A program made the position numbers and the translations under genes. The notes under the pieces are model-generated. The model was not told the DNA's origin. It did no database searches and worked only from the letters and a program-made list of their open reading frames with translations. Shown here piece by piece: positions 1 to 12,630 of a DNA stretch of 64,000 nt. This DNA is from Leptogorgia sarmentosa (taxonomy: Eukaryota), in NCBI GenBank assembly GCA_964658305.1, contig OZ210885.1, positions 20,646,001 to 20,710,000 of the forward strand, in the 5' to 3' direction. Position 1 is the first letter of the stretch. Each line of letters begins with the position of its first letter.

Positions 1-8
1 TCCTTCCA

Positions 9-428
9 ATGATCGATTTGTCACCAAGCAGTCCTACATGTGTTCGTTCAACCCTCGAATATCTCTGTGACATTGCTGAGCGACACAAGGTTACGCCAAT
101 CATTACGTTCAATCAACAATTATATTGGATTGCACTGATGATTATAGAAGACCAACCTCTGGCTAGTCGCCTGAGACGCATTGTATTGCTTCTGAGGGGT
201 TTTCATACAGAGATGAGTCTGTTCGGGGCGATTGGGACGATCATGGATGGCTCAGGACTTAAGGAAATTCTTGCACAAGTATACGCCGAGGGATCTATTG
301 ACCAGATGTTAAGTGGTAAGGCAGTCGCACGTGCGGTAAAAGGCCATTTTCTGGTTGATAGTGCGCTCAACATTGCGACTTCTGCTTCACTTCAACTTTC
401 GATTCCAGATCGAAAAGGTACTTATTAA
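9..428 (+). pseudogene. Academ-like DNA transposase fragment (exon, truncated by window edge)
   Basis: Motifs PIITFNQQLYW / LRGFHTEMS / GSGL / MLSGKAVARAVKGHFL resemble the recalled Academ consensus TFDQPLY...LGGFH...GSG. The expected D appears as N. Possible GT donor near 418. Confidence 0.55.
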
Positions 429-497
429 ATACCTTATTGTGTGATTAATGTACAATTAAGCATTTCTATCTCACGAACTGCTACTGTCTAACTACTA

Positions 498-1271
498 CAG
501 GGTGTATAAAAAAAAAGTTTACTGATGAAAATCATTCTCTAAACTAACGAGCGCTCAGAATTTCCAAAAACTTTCGGTTAGCCTGGGTAGTTTAACACCC
601 TCTGGTATATCTAGCACTAAGTTTATTTTAAAAACAAACTTTTTTAGAATGGGAAATGTGGTTACTGAAAGGCCCATTAAAAACGGCTTGCGCGGAAAAA
701 AAAGTTTTCTTCACACAATTTGATTTAATCGCATGAAAATATGGAGTATGATATACAAGCTATTCAAGTTTTGAGAAATGTGGTACACGCTGAGACGAAC
801 GGGCGATGTCCAAAAACTGGATTTTGCGTTCTTTCCTGCGTGATTACCGATTAATTTATGCATAATTGGATATTTGCATTAATTACCAATGCAAATTGCA
901 AGCTAATTCCCAAAGGTCCGTAATTACGCGAAGAAATTGCGGAAAATCCAGTTTTTGGACATCGCACGTTCGTCTCAGCGTGCACCAAATTTCTCAAAAC
1001 TTGAATAGCTTGCATATCATACTCCATATTTTCACGCGATTAAATTAAATTGTGTGAAGAAAACTTATTTTTTCCGCGCAAGCCGTTTTTAATAGGCCTT
1101 TCAGGAACCACATTTCCCATTCTAAAAAAGTTTGTTTTTAAAATAAACTTAGTGCTAGATATACCAGAGGGTGTTAAACTACCCATGCTAACCGAAAGTT
1201 TTTGGAAATTTTGAGCGCTTGTTAGTTTAGAGAATGTTTTTCATCAGTAAACTTTTTTTTGATACACCCTG
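498..1271. mobile_element. Foldback Tc1/mariner-type MITE (family 1)
   Basis: TA|CAGGGTGTAT...ATACACCCTG|TA termini; inverted arms of about 350 bp; second copy at 13270-19611. Confidence 0.9.
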
Positions 1272-4216
1272 TATTGCAATTTACTGGTTTCTATGGAAAG
1301 GTCCCCAAAGTTTCAGTAAACGGCACGAGCATAGCACGAAAACCAAACGTATAGATATTTTTACGGGTAATTGTAAACAATATCTTAAAATGTCCCCTAA
1401 ATGCCCCCCCCCCAAAAAAGACAATTTTGAAAGTTAAGAAAAGTTTGGCACGTTTTATTGAAATTTACTGGTTTCTATGGAAAGGTTACCAACTTTTAAA
1501 TAGTTGACCTGCATCTAAGGACGAAAGCGGACTTATAACCTAATTAATATCATTGAGACGAAAGCATAAGGAAAATTGCTAATTCTTATTGGTTGCCGCT
1601 TCTTAATTTGCATGCTTTGGTCAAATTCTTGGTTGCTATTGGTTGTGACGAAACGGGACAAATTGTACGTCTCTGTTATGACAAACTTTCGTCGTGACAA
1701 CGGCAAAGGCGAAACGGAACGAATTCTGGATAAGGCCTATACTTTATACGTTGCTGTTATGACGAGCTTTATCCAGCCAAAGAATGGCAATTGAGGTGTC
1801 TTACTCTTATTATGCTTGTTTGAATTGCATTCCATACGACGCAAGTTTGACATAACAGCGACGTATAAACTAGGCCTAAACCAAGCGTATGATAGCTACG
1901 CTTATATGTCTGTATGTTGGGTATTTCTTGAAGCTCAACTTTCAATCGATCGATTGTACCATATAGTTATACCGACAATATTTGAAAAGGTCGTAGACAT
2001 TGTTGTAGTTGCGTTGCAGATAATTTCCAGAGTGAAGGAAATACTTTATTTCAGCGAAGAAAACAGGAGTTCTCATATTCAAATTGGCCATAAATTGTGT
2101 TAGTTGGCAGATCGAATTGATTAATACATAAAAAAAAACACAATGACAAGATCATCAAAGCACTTATAGGCTTCAAATATTTAGATTGAGTTATAGCTGA
2201 GAACGTCTTGTTGTGATCATGGAGAACGAAATTGTTAATTTGAATGTTGAATTTCTTAATTTAAACAATATCTTCCAAATCATTGCCTTAAACCAAAGCC
2301 TTAAAACATTGCCTGTCCGAACTAAACAAATGGCCATTAGGTTAGATATATTGCGAGATTTCATCGCTGGGTGCAATTTTTACACAACAATAAGCTAGTT
2401 TAAAATGGACAATAAACAAAGGCATTGGTATTAATTTTTTGGTGGAAAAGTCAAAATTTTTTGCCAGCGCTACCTTCCGATATACCCCCTTCTAACGACT
2501 GTCACCCCACAAAATCATATAGTCAGGAAATACTTCGCCTCTTCCAGATGAAAACATGAAGTTTTATGAATATGGACCTGTACCTGCAGTATCGAAGCTA
2601 AGGCGAAAACCAACCTTTTTTGGATTACAAGCACAAAAACTTAAGGCAGCAAATCGTTGTCAACAACGAACGTGCTATAAATGGCGTTTTTGCCTAAGCA
2701 GTTACGGGGCCTTCAAAACAAAGTTTCCTGTTCCTGCAGATAACACCCAATGGCTTCACGATTAACCCAACTGAAATACACTGATAACCGTTTTCTAATA
2801 CGGAAAAATAGAGAGTTCATTATTTGAATGGGTTCGTAGAAATCTAGATACAAACATGTCCAATCGAACACTAGAAAATTCGACTCCCGCTGATCCGACT
2901 TTATTTCAAAAAATTAAGCGAAAATATGCCTGATATAACCATGTTTGGAATAGGAAACATGAAAGTGGTGTTCCTGGATGCAATGTTACATGTGAAAGCG
3001 TTCGATCGTCATGTTACAACCTAAAAGACTTCTGTTTTAAAACATTTCCCTTCGAAAACATTTATTTTTTTGTTTTGTTATGAAAATGTTCTTGCGCCAG
3101 CGATATTTCTACACAGCGTCAGGAAGTGGTCAGCAAATTTCCCAGCTGCTATAAGATTCCTGATTTCAATTGCCAAAATTCCATAAATTATGGAAATTTC
3201 CACCAAAGTGGAAACTCTGGTGGGAGGAGCGTAAAGAGCAGAGGGTGATTTGAAATTTGAAAACGTTAATGCATTGCCATTTTGTTCCTCCTACTTTGCG
3301 CATCGAATAACCTAATCATTAGGTAAGTTGTAATAAATTATTTATACTCGAATTTTTCACCTGTCGAATGATAATAATAATCAATCTAAACTCCGAAAAT
3401 TGAGATGTTGTAATTGAGATATTAGAACAATGTTTGAGGTGACAACGTCCTGTTGTCAAACAGATGCCAACCAACATTATTTTCTACGCTAAATATCGTA
3501 TAGATTTCGTTTGCATTGCTACTGGTGTGATTTAAAAGTGCTATTGTCGAATAATTAACAATTATTGGATGAGGTTTTTGTGATATGCAGAATTATCAAG
3601 GTTGAGCTCCCAAATTTACTCTGTCGTAGTATCGTTTGCCTGTGGAAATTATTCCGAATTTATAAAATTGACCACCACAGACCGGTCTGTATGTGAGCTC
3701 AGCTTGTTATATCTGATGGAATACACTGATCATTTCTGAGGGAAACAGTGAGTTTTGTATCCCTGAGACACTGATCAGGCATGTTTCAACTTGTCAATTA
3801 ATGTTTTTTTATTCACCGGTCATTCAATAAATGTTATACTGTTGACCGATTGCACCATCCCAATGCAAATGAGGTAAATAACATGGGGACATGGTTTTGT
3901 CCAATTAGGTAACAAGAAAATTGAACTTTTACACTTGCTATACAGGGTGTCTCAAAAAAAACGGAACATGCATAAATTAATTCACCATAATATACAGTCG
4001 AACCTTGATTAAGCAGCCACCCACCTTCTATTAAGTGGACGCATATCAAAGTCCCAAAGTATTTGTAATATAATTACTATAAAATATCCCCATCCTGAGC
4101 GGCCACAGCCACCAAAAGAATGATCCCAAATGATGTTTTTTATCAATTTTTATCTCTATTAAAGTGGTACTGTGGTGAAAATGGGTCATCAAAAAACCTT
4201 AATTTTTTTTTGTTAA

Positions 4217-5575
4217 AGTGTTACTGCAACGAATTTTTCGACCCCTTTTTTATTGGCTTATTTTAAAGTACTTACTCTCCGAATATGTTTACCGCAAACA
4301 GAATTAAAATTGCTCTTTTCAAACGGATTTTATGGCCTTTCAAAGTTGCGATTTTTGGCTACTTCCGTGCGAACTTTTCGACCACCATATTAATGCCGTG
4401 TGACGTCACAAGTGTAACACATTGTCAACATGGCGTATATTTCTAATAGACGTAAAGCTACTCGCGGAGGAAAACGCTGCGTTGCTGGCGGTCCTAACTT
4501 AGTTAGCTGCGTCAATGATAGCAAAACTGAAGGAGTATCTATGCATCTATTCCCTAATGAAGAAACAGATGCTCAGAGACGGAATAAGTGCGTGAAATTT
4601 GTCTGTAAACATAACCCGGGTTTTGACGCTACAGCGACCTCGTGCCTTCATTCGTGCTACGATATGAATCTAGAGTTAGCAAAATCGCTAAATATTAACT
4701 TGCTATGAATTATGACTATTTTCCTTATCAATTAATGAAATCAATTTATTCTGCCACAGCTTAAGTATTTACAAATTTAATAAATAGAAGGCAAGAAAGC
4801 CCAAAAGAAAGGGCCTATAAAATTGGGCTCTTTTACACACACACTTGTTCTGATAGATATTGAGACGGCAATGTGGAATCAATAATTATACTGATATCAA
4901 TATATTGATACTAAAATTAACAATATATCATTACAGATGAATATTAAATAAAAGCAATAAAATATACATTCAAATTTAGCCTACGTCGGCTATTTTAATT
5001 AGGCTAAAGTCTAAACAGTCTTGAACCTTCACTTATCACTGTTCCAGAGTTATTCTACCGTCGCTTCTTTGTTCAATAGTTGCTGGCAACAATCCATCTG
5101 GATCCTCTGGAACACAACTCGTTTCCCCAGGTTCTGCTATAGGTTCATCGTCGTACGCAAAGCAGTGCGATGTGATGTGACATGTCATGCAGTTTCACTT
5201 GAACTTTCACACGATTGCGGGTCTCCGCCAGACTCGTTACTCGACATGAGCAAAATATATTGTCTTAAAATGCATATGTTCAAGTTTTGTTTCAAAAGAA
5301 TTTTTTTTCCGGCCAAAAAAGCGCGAGAAACACAGAGTATAGCTCTAACGCAATACAATTTACTAGTAGCTTCGCTAAACGTGTTACACTTGTGACGTCA
5401 CAAGGTGACAAAATGGCGGCTGTTTTGTTCGCATCCGGTATCGAAGTTTGGAGGCGAAATTTAGTTACTTCCACTCAACGTACAAAAGTCATCTATACAC
5501 CAAATTTCATCTTTCGACCTGAATATTTATTTAAGGCAAAAAAAATGAGGTCGAAAAATTCGTTGCAGTAACACT
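4217..5575 (+). mobile_element. Internally deleted Kolobok nested in the first Kolobok
   Basis: TTAA|AGTGTTACTGCAACGAATTTTTCGACC ... GGTCGAAAAATTCGTTGCAGTAACACT|TTAA; THAP remnant on +; KolX-like N-terminus (YDDEPIAEP..EDPDGLLPA) on - near 5030-5247. Confidence 0.88.
4430..4708 (+). pseudogene. THAP zinc-finger remnant of the nested Kolobok
   Basis: RCVAGG..SCVN..GVSMHLFP..KFV; the conserved W is lost and the ORF is truncated. Confidence 0.75.
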
Positions 5576-5796
5576 TTAATGGCTTTATTGTTATACAACA
5601 AACGCCTGTGTAAAATTACAAACGAATGTAGCAAACAACCGCAGAGATATTAGCATTTGAAATGTCGAAAATCACTGTCCGCCATTAAAATCCGCCATCT
5701 TGTTTGGTATGATCGCAAAGGGGTTTGTGACGTCATAGTCTTAACACAAGCGCAAGCTAAAATAGTATACAAATACTGTGCAGTATTGGCTTAAAA

Positions 5797-6660
5797 ATGT
5801 CGGTTTCATCGCAATCTAGTGAGGTTTCGGCGTCTTCATCTGATACAGATTCTTCTATTGATTCATCTGTATATATAACGGCAAATTCAGACGAATCTGA
5901 CTCTGAAATTTTGCCATTTGACGATAATGTTGAGCCACTTGCTTCGCCCGAGGAAATAGCACAATACGAGGAGGCCGTAGCAGAAGAACAGCAACTTGAG
6001 GATATGCTAGAGACTTGTTTCGATGGTCGTGTCGATATTGCTTCTTGGTAAGTTTTTTTTTGTGTGTGTTTTTGTTACGGGCCAGAACGAAATATTAATA
6101 TTGCGCGTTTCGCCTTGTTTACATTACTACTCAATCAGGTGTGAATGTGGCCATTGTGCACTGGACTTTGCCGTCAAACCTCAAGAATGTCGCTGTTGTA
6201 TGGAGATTGATATGTGTAGAGAAAAGATGTATCAGTACGAAGAGGAGAGAAAATGTATCGTGGATCATCCTGGTTTCAACAAAGGCGTTTTGAATGAATT
6301 TGTGCTGGACTTGGCTTCGTTAGGTTTGAAGACCAAGGGAAAGCGTAATTATTCTTCGGTCTTTCGAGATGGCCACAAGACAAGACATGAGTAAGATGAA
6401 GTCCTTAATGTATCTTGGCTATTGACCACATTAGCATAATCTGCAAGTTGTAAGTTAGAATACTGAAAGCTGCTTTGCACGTTTGTTTATAGGTTCCTAA
6501 GAGCAGTATCGTACCGACAGCTTGTGCGTTTGGTATGGGACTTCACGGGCAGTAGCAGACATCTTCCTTTGCCGTGTTGCAGTTACAACAAAATATGTTC
6601 GACATTTCCCAACACCGACAAGCGCCCTTAACAGGATTTGAGGAGGATGAGGATATATAG
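5797..6660 (+). pseudogene. KolX protein (P2X7 C-terminal-like Cys-rich domain), 3 exons
   Basis: Exons at about 5797-6047, 6139-6390 and 6493-6660. Motifs W|CECGHC, ECRCC, CIVDHPGF, YRQLVRLVW, LPLPCC; frameshift near 6630. Confidence 0.8.
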
Positions 6661-6699
6661 AAAGGTGAAATCCTATTTACACTATTTACAACTATCTAA

Positions 6700-9600
6700 C
6701 TATCATTATTACTATTTGCTGGACAGGTAGCTTTCTTGTCGCCTTTCACTGGAACACCACATGTCTTACACATCGGCTTTCTTTTTTTGGCCGTCTGGCA
6801 TTCACCCGTTGCTTTGCCCAACAAAGCCTGCAGTTCTTCTTCTATAAAGTGAAATGACTTGAATTATTGCAAGGAATAGTTAGGTTTTTAGTAACATTCT
6901 AGATTGATTATTACCATTACACGTTGATGGGACATCTACGTTGATCATTCATTTTCTTGAGTTGAAGATGTTGATAGCATCATTCTTGGCCTGCTTCTCA
7001 CTTAGCATCATATGCAGTGGTTCTGGGGTTTCTTCCTTTAGTTCTTCTCCAATTTTTTCCAGTTCTTTTCGAGAAGTTTTCAACATCATATCATAAATTG
7101 CTTCAACATATGCTAAAATTTGTAAAATAATGGAATAATTACATGATATGGTATTGAATTCAATAAATCGGCTGGCAAATTGCCTGATATTACTAAACAT
7201 TAGAGTAGAACTTACAAAAGTCTTGCTTCACTCGTATGTTTCGAACAGTTCCTTCTCCCTCCTTATATTTTGTATATGACACACGAAGGCGTGTTTGCCC
7301 ATCTTGTGTAGTTTTGTTGGCCCGTCGTAAATTGAAATTAAAATGTAATGCTGCTAGGATTGATCTATAAGTCCAAATTGATACACAACATTAATTTAAT
7401 ACTTTGTGTTGATTCACTGTTACAAATTACATACTAAAAGTCAGCTTTTTATTCCTTTGTCTTAGTTTACCTGCAAAGCATACCAGAATAGGAGAAGTGA
7501 GTCATCTTTGGAGCAAAATGATTAACAAACAGCTGGTTTGAGCAACAGAAGATGCTTGTTTGATAGCTTTTACCAGCCTTTTATTTGTAAGTGCATCCTT
7601 CAGCTTTTCATATGCAACAGATCCTATGTGTATGAATATTGTAATATACATTACTTTCAGTTAATTATATCTTTCACTTTCTTATAAATAAAAATTTGCC
7701 AGTATAAATTTCAAAATACCCTTGGTTAACCAAACCCGTGGCTTCAGAACATCACTGTGGTAACATCTATTGTAGATCTTGTTGGGGAAACCTTTGTGCT
7801 TATTGATTATATGGTAGAAAAAAGATTCAAATTTTGCCCATTTAACTTCGCCAATTCCAGATAAGGTGGATGTAGCAGCCCAGTAGAAATGCCGCACACA
7901 TGCTTTCCCCCATTTTCCTAGGACTTCACAGTTTTTTTCCTTGGCCAGTTTGATAAGAATTTTCTGAATCACTAAAGCAAAATTATATATAATATGTTAA
8001 ACTTAATTAAAGACTCAAATTCCTGAATATGGATATAGAGTTATATAGTATTTACTTTTTCCAATGTGCCACAAGTCATAGAAGTGTTTAATAACTGGTT
8101 TCCCCAATTTCTTGCACATTTTAGGACATGTTTCTCTCATCCACTTTGCTATTGTTGCATGTCGGTCTGATACAAATGTCGTGATAATCATACTGGTTGT
8201 GAGCAGAAATGATATGGCTCTTTCATGACCAAGAGCTTCCATAGCTGAACTACTTCCTGCTTGGTTTGCCTGTTATTAAAGAGATTAAATTCATAGATGC
8301 CACTTGGACTTGAATTATATGTTCAGTGAGTGTTAGCAATTTACCTGTATGACAACCAGATGAATGATAAGTCCAACAGTGCAGCAAAATATAGTGTAAG
8401 TCCCATACTTTGCTGAATGTCCCATGCTGTCATGTCGTCCATCACCAGCTAACACAACTTCTTTTCCTTCCAGGGATTCCAGAATCTTTTTTTGGTAACT
8501 ACGCCAATACAGAATGATAGAAGGGAAGAGAAAATGTCTTTGGTGGAAATAATATGTGACCTCATTGTAGCCAAGGAGACCCATAGTCTTAAACACTCGA
8601 AGTACCTGTAGCAATTGTGAGGAGATTGTCAAAAAGTGTGGTTCCCAGTGAACAAAGCAAATTGCGCATTCACATACATTTCCTTACATTTCTGATGTAA
8701 GCTCCTGCACACAAAACAGAAAAACTAAGGAGAATATTTCCTGCTGGGAACTTTCCAAGGAGATAAGGTTGACTTTTCCAGGTAAAACCTTTATTACAAT
8801 GACTGCACCAACTTTCTATGATCATCATGGTTCCACAACGACTAGTCTTCACTTGTGGGTTTGGGTAAAAGCAATTATGACAGTGTTGGAAAAGCAACAG
8901 TAAATTTGACAGAAAAACAATGCCCTTTGGCTCATCTCTTTTGTTCTTTCCTCTATGATCAATTCTGTAAGAAAGAAAGCATGGGAAATTTATCAGAGGT
9001 CAGTGTAAAGCACAAATTTCTGTGCATTCTAATTAAATACATACTGCCTCTGAGTTGAATTATCATTGTCATCAGCATTTTTCTCATATTCCCTGTCAAG
9101 TTCTTCTGGCTCCCATGTGGGGTCAACATCAGCATCTGTTTCACCAGGATCAGTTGCATTTGCACTTGCATATGCGCCCATGTCCTCCACGAGTTCTTCA
9201 ACGACCTTGTCTAAATTATAGTAAACAAAGTAAATTAATTCAACACAAAATAACTTGATGCATGTACTTTAGTGCATGATATAACAATCATCTATACTAA
9301 CATTAATTTGCTACACTCATATGCAGTTTTGTATCCGTCCAATCGTTTTTTGCTTTCTCTTCGTCTAAAAAAAGCAAATTAAAATGTGTTACTATATTTT
9401 CACAATATGAGTGTGTTGTTGATCTAAATTAGTTTAATTTACTCACAATTGTTTGTTATTTTCTCTGTTGGCATTGCTTCTATCGTCCGAATCCACCGGG
9501 ACTGGTTGATGGCCAGTTTTGCATGGAGTTTTGTCAACTTCCCTTGTAATTCTTGCAGATCTCGATCCTTGTTTTTACAACCCTCACAATAAGTTGAATC

Positions 9601-10505
9601 ATCACAACGATCCTGTGTTATAAACGCATGTTACTATTGTTACTATTATCATTATACGGAGCTTGCATGCTCTGTTCTATACTATATGTATCCTGTATGT
9701 AGATAGGTACTGGTTTATCTGCTAAATCCGTACAGTCTGTAAAATTGAGGGTGTCCTCTGTTGAAATTGGCAGAAGCTGAAAAAAAAAGTGGGCAGAGAT
9801 TTTTTTCTAACTATTTGACGAATGAAATGTAGCAATTTTATATGTAGCATGCTTTGTTATATGTATGTGAATATGTATACCTGTTCACTAGCCAAATTTG
9901 TACAATCTGTCAAATTAACAGTGTCCTCTGTTGAAGTTGGTACAGTCTGAAAAAGAAACAAGTATTGTTAAAAAGGTTATAATAAGGCTTGATGTAACAT
10001 TTTTTTGCATCCACCGTGATTTTAAACTTACAATTTTAGTTGAGGAATCATCCCCTTCGGTGTTTTTCTAGTGCTTAGAATGTCTTTTAAAACCTATTTG
10101 AGAAAGCATTAGAGTATTACACGAATAGCGTGTGAAATTGGATCTATCAGATTATGCAAATGTTGCAAATAAAAAAATTATATTTTCACTGACCTTTCGC
10201 CAGTCCCGTGTTGTAATTTGCGCAGGTGATTTCTTCCAAATGGTAGGTACCGCCCCGGGCTTGAGTCGTCGTGAAACACCACTCAGATGGAATAAGCGCT
10301 CAAAACAATCCGTTGAAAAATGCTCCGAACATATCATAAAGCGATTCTCCCGCATACTGGGATAAAAATTGGTGCGCTTGACTTGAACAAATTTCACCCA
10401 AATTCTCCTTATAGATTCGTCATTCGGACTTTTATGCAAAGATATGCCCGCATTTTTATCAGACATATTACTGCAGTCTTGGACAACACAACGCGTTGAA
10501 GGCAT
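6700..10505 (-). pseudogene. Kolobok THAP-DDE transposase, multi-exon, disabled
   Basis: N-terminal THAP (MPSTRCVVQDC..ICSEHF..LKPGAVPTI); GDGRHDSMGHSAKYGTY, SDRH, HFYDLWH, NHFAPK; C-terminal CKTCG knuckle; GT-AG introns. Confidence 0.85.
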
Positions 10506-11529
10506 TATTAAATAAAGTCAATCTAACTAAGTATTTGTAGTTGTATATATACTGCAATAGCTATCTCCGCACAACTTGCGTTAAGACTATGACGTCACAA
10601 GCCCTCTTAACATATGACCTTTCCAATATGGTGCATTTTAATGGCGGCCGCCAAAATTCGAACTTTGTCGCAGTATAACTGGCGCAAGATTTCATATTTC
10701 GCGCTAAAATTTCGCAAGTAAACTTCTTAAGTGCTATACTATGCATTAACGTAAAAAAAACAAAAACGAAAATTTCACCACAGTACCACTTTAAGCGGCC
10801 AGCATTGGTGATTCACTTGGTGCAACACCATTTCAAAGTAACAGTCATGGTGGTGATCCTTAATAACTGGCCCATCATAGTCATCATCATGGTCGATCCC
10901 CAAGGGTGGCCGCTTAATGGTCAGGTTCGACTGTATGTATTTGCTGAAATTATTATTCACAATAAAGTTATTATTATTAAAGAATGGTTTGACTGAACTT
11001 GATTGTTTGACTCTTTCGGATTTTACATTCTGTGTACAGTAAAATTCAAAGCAAAACAAGTTGAAAATACAGTCGAACCTCTCCTTGCCGACCTTGCGTA
11101 CACCTCTTGTACAAGCGGACGCAGACACCAAAACACAATTCTAAGTACCTTACCCCTGTAAGCGGACAGTTTGCATTCTGCTTCCATCGAAATAGTTTTA
11201 TCAGGGGCTGGTTGTCATCTGGTGAAAGATTTGGGTATGACAGGGCCTTTGGGAATAATAGGATATTTATTTGACAATTTTTAATAGCTGCAATATGGTT
11301 AAATATTAACTTAATATTAACGAACCGCTCATAACCTCGGGTACCTCCCATAACACACGTAAAAATCTCACAACTTGTCAACAAGATGTGTTCGCAACAA
11401 GCTTCTAGCAAGCCTGTCAACAAGTTGTAACAATGCTGTTATTTCGACAAGTTGCTCCAAGCTTGCCACTCACAACCTGTTAACAAGTTGTTGAATTACA
11501 AGAGGATAACAACAGAGTCAACAAGCTTG

Positions 11530-11720
11530 TACCAGGTCTGCTGAGTGGAGCGGTTGCAGAATATTACTGTGATGTTACTCTGAGTATATATCCACAGCAG
11601 GCAGGCTGAAAAATTAGCCTGGCCTCGGTGGGAATCGAACTCGTGACCTTTGGTTTGCTAGTCCAAGTTGCAGATATCAAAGGAACTAGTGAGTTCCGAA
11701 ATATAACACATTCGAACGTA
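11530..11720 (-). repeat. tRNA-derived repeat fragment (SINE-like)
   Basis: Minus strand reads GGTCACGAGTTCGATTCCCACCGAGG (T-arm/B-box); no complete cloverleaf. Confidence 0.35.
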
Positions 11721-12150
11721 TTTCTCTTGGTTTATATTGCAAGACACCACATTTTACCCCTGATTAAGGGTCATACTAAATACCGTCAACAGGTCGATAA
11801 ATACCGTCAACAAAATGACAAATACCATAGCACAGATTAAGAGGACCAGATGTATGACTTCAGCCAAAAAAGCAGAAGGGCTCGGTCACTGCGCATCACT
11901 TTCCGCGCATAGCTTAGCAAGTGCCACGATCGAAAGACAAAAATTCGTAAAATATCGCAAATTAAGTGTCACCAACTCGCGTTTCTCACACGCTTACTGA
12001 CATTGAAAGTTTTAACGACACAATCCTTTTTTAAGCAAACAAAAAGAGTTTATTTTCATGTTTATTGTCTTTCAACTCCAGACAGTGAACTCTATATAAA
12101 TACCTGGAACGATATCATACAGAGATATAACTGCTGATCTGCTCTCTGAT

Positions 12151-12630
12151 ATCATACAGAGATATAACTGCTGTAATTCAATATGAAAAAACTAGCATTT
12201 TCACGTACCCACTTTTTTTTCAATGCGATCTGCAAAAAATGATCAACTGTGCATGCTTGGCAAGTTTAAATTTAGTCGTCATCAGGTCGTCATCCAATCA
12301 GATGCACGCATCTAGTAACTTGCCAAGCATGCGCACAAAAAAAGTGGGTACAACAGTTACATCTCTGTATGATATATAATCTGTGGTATCACCACAGAAG
12401 TGTTCATCATTGTCTTCGATCATACAGAGATGTAACTGTTGTACCCACTTGTTTGTGCGCATGCTCAGCAAGTTACTAGATGCGTGCATCTGATTGGATG
12501 ACGACTAAATTTAAACTTGCCAAGCTTGCGCAGTTGATGATTTTTTGCCGATCGCATTGAAAAAAAAGTGGGTACGTGAAAATGCGAGTTTTTTTCATAT
12601 TGATTTACACCAGTTATATCTCTGTATAAT
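12151..12630. repeat. Two ~220-bp MITE copies in inverted orientation
   Basis: 12151-12373 and 12419-12630 are reverse complements; each has ATCATACAGAGATRTAACTG TIRs. Confidence 0.8.

Larger units (their letters stand above)
4163..10790 (-). mobile_element. Kolobok DNA transposon (full structure, degenerate)
   Basis: TTAA|AGTGGTACTGTGGTGAAA ... TTTCACCACAGTACCACT|TTAA; convergent THAP-DDE and KolX genes. Confidence 0.9.
3995..10933. mobile_element. pogo/Tigger-like MITE split by the Kolobok insertion
   Basis: TA|CAGTCGAACCT(TG)ATTAAGCAGCCACC ... GGTGGCCGCTTAAT..AGGTTCGACTG|TA. The Kolobok sits at its internal TTAA. Confidence 0.75.

Noticed and set aside
3545..3780. Crypton-like non-autonomous fragments
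   Set aside because: Only a recalled resemblance; no boundaries or recombinase ORF to support it.
5797..6660. Host P2X7 receptor gene
   Set aside because: Only the Cys-rich domain is present, with no transmembrane or ectodomain, and it lies inside Kolobok TIRs, so it is KolX.
11610..11670. tRNA gene
   Set aside because: Only a T-arm-like half is present, with no D-arm or acceptor pairing. The same applies to the GGAATCGAACC motif near 45717.
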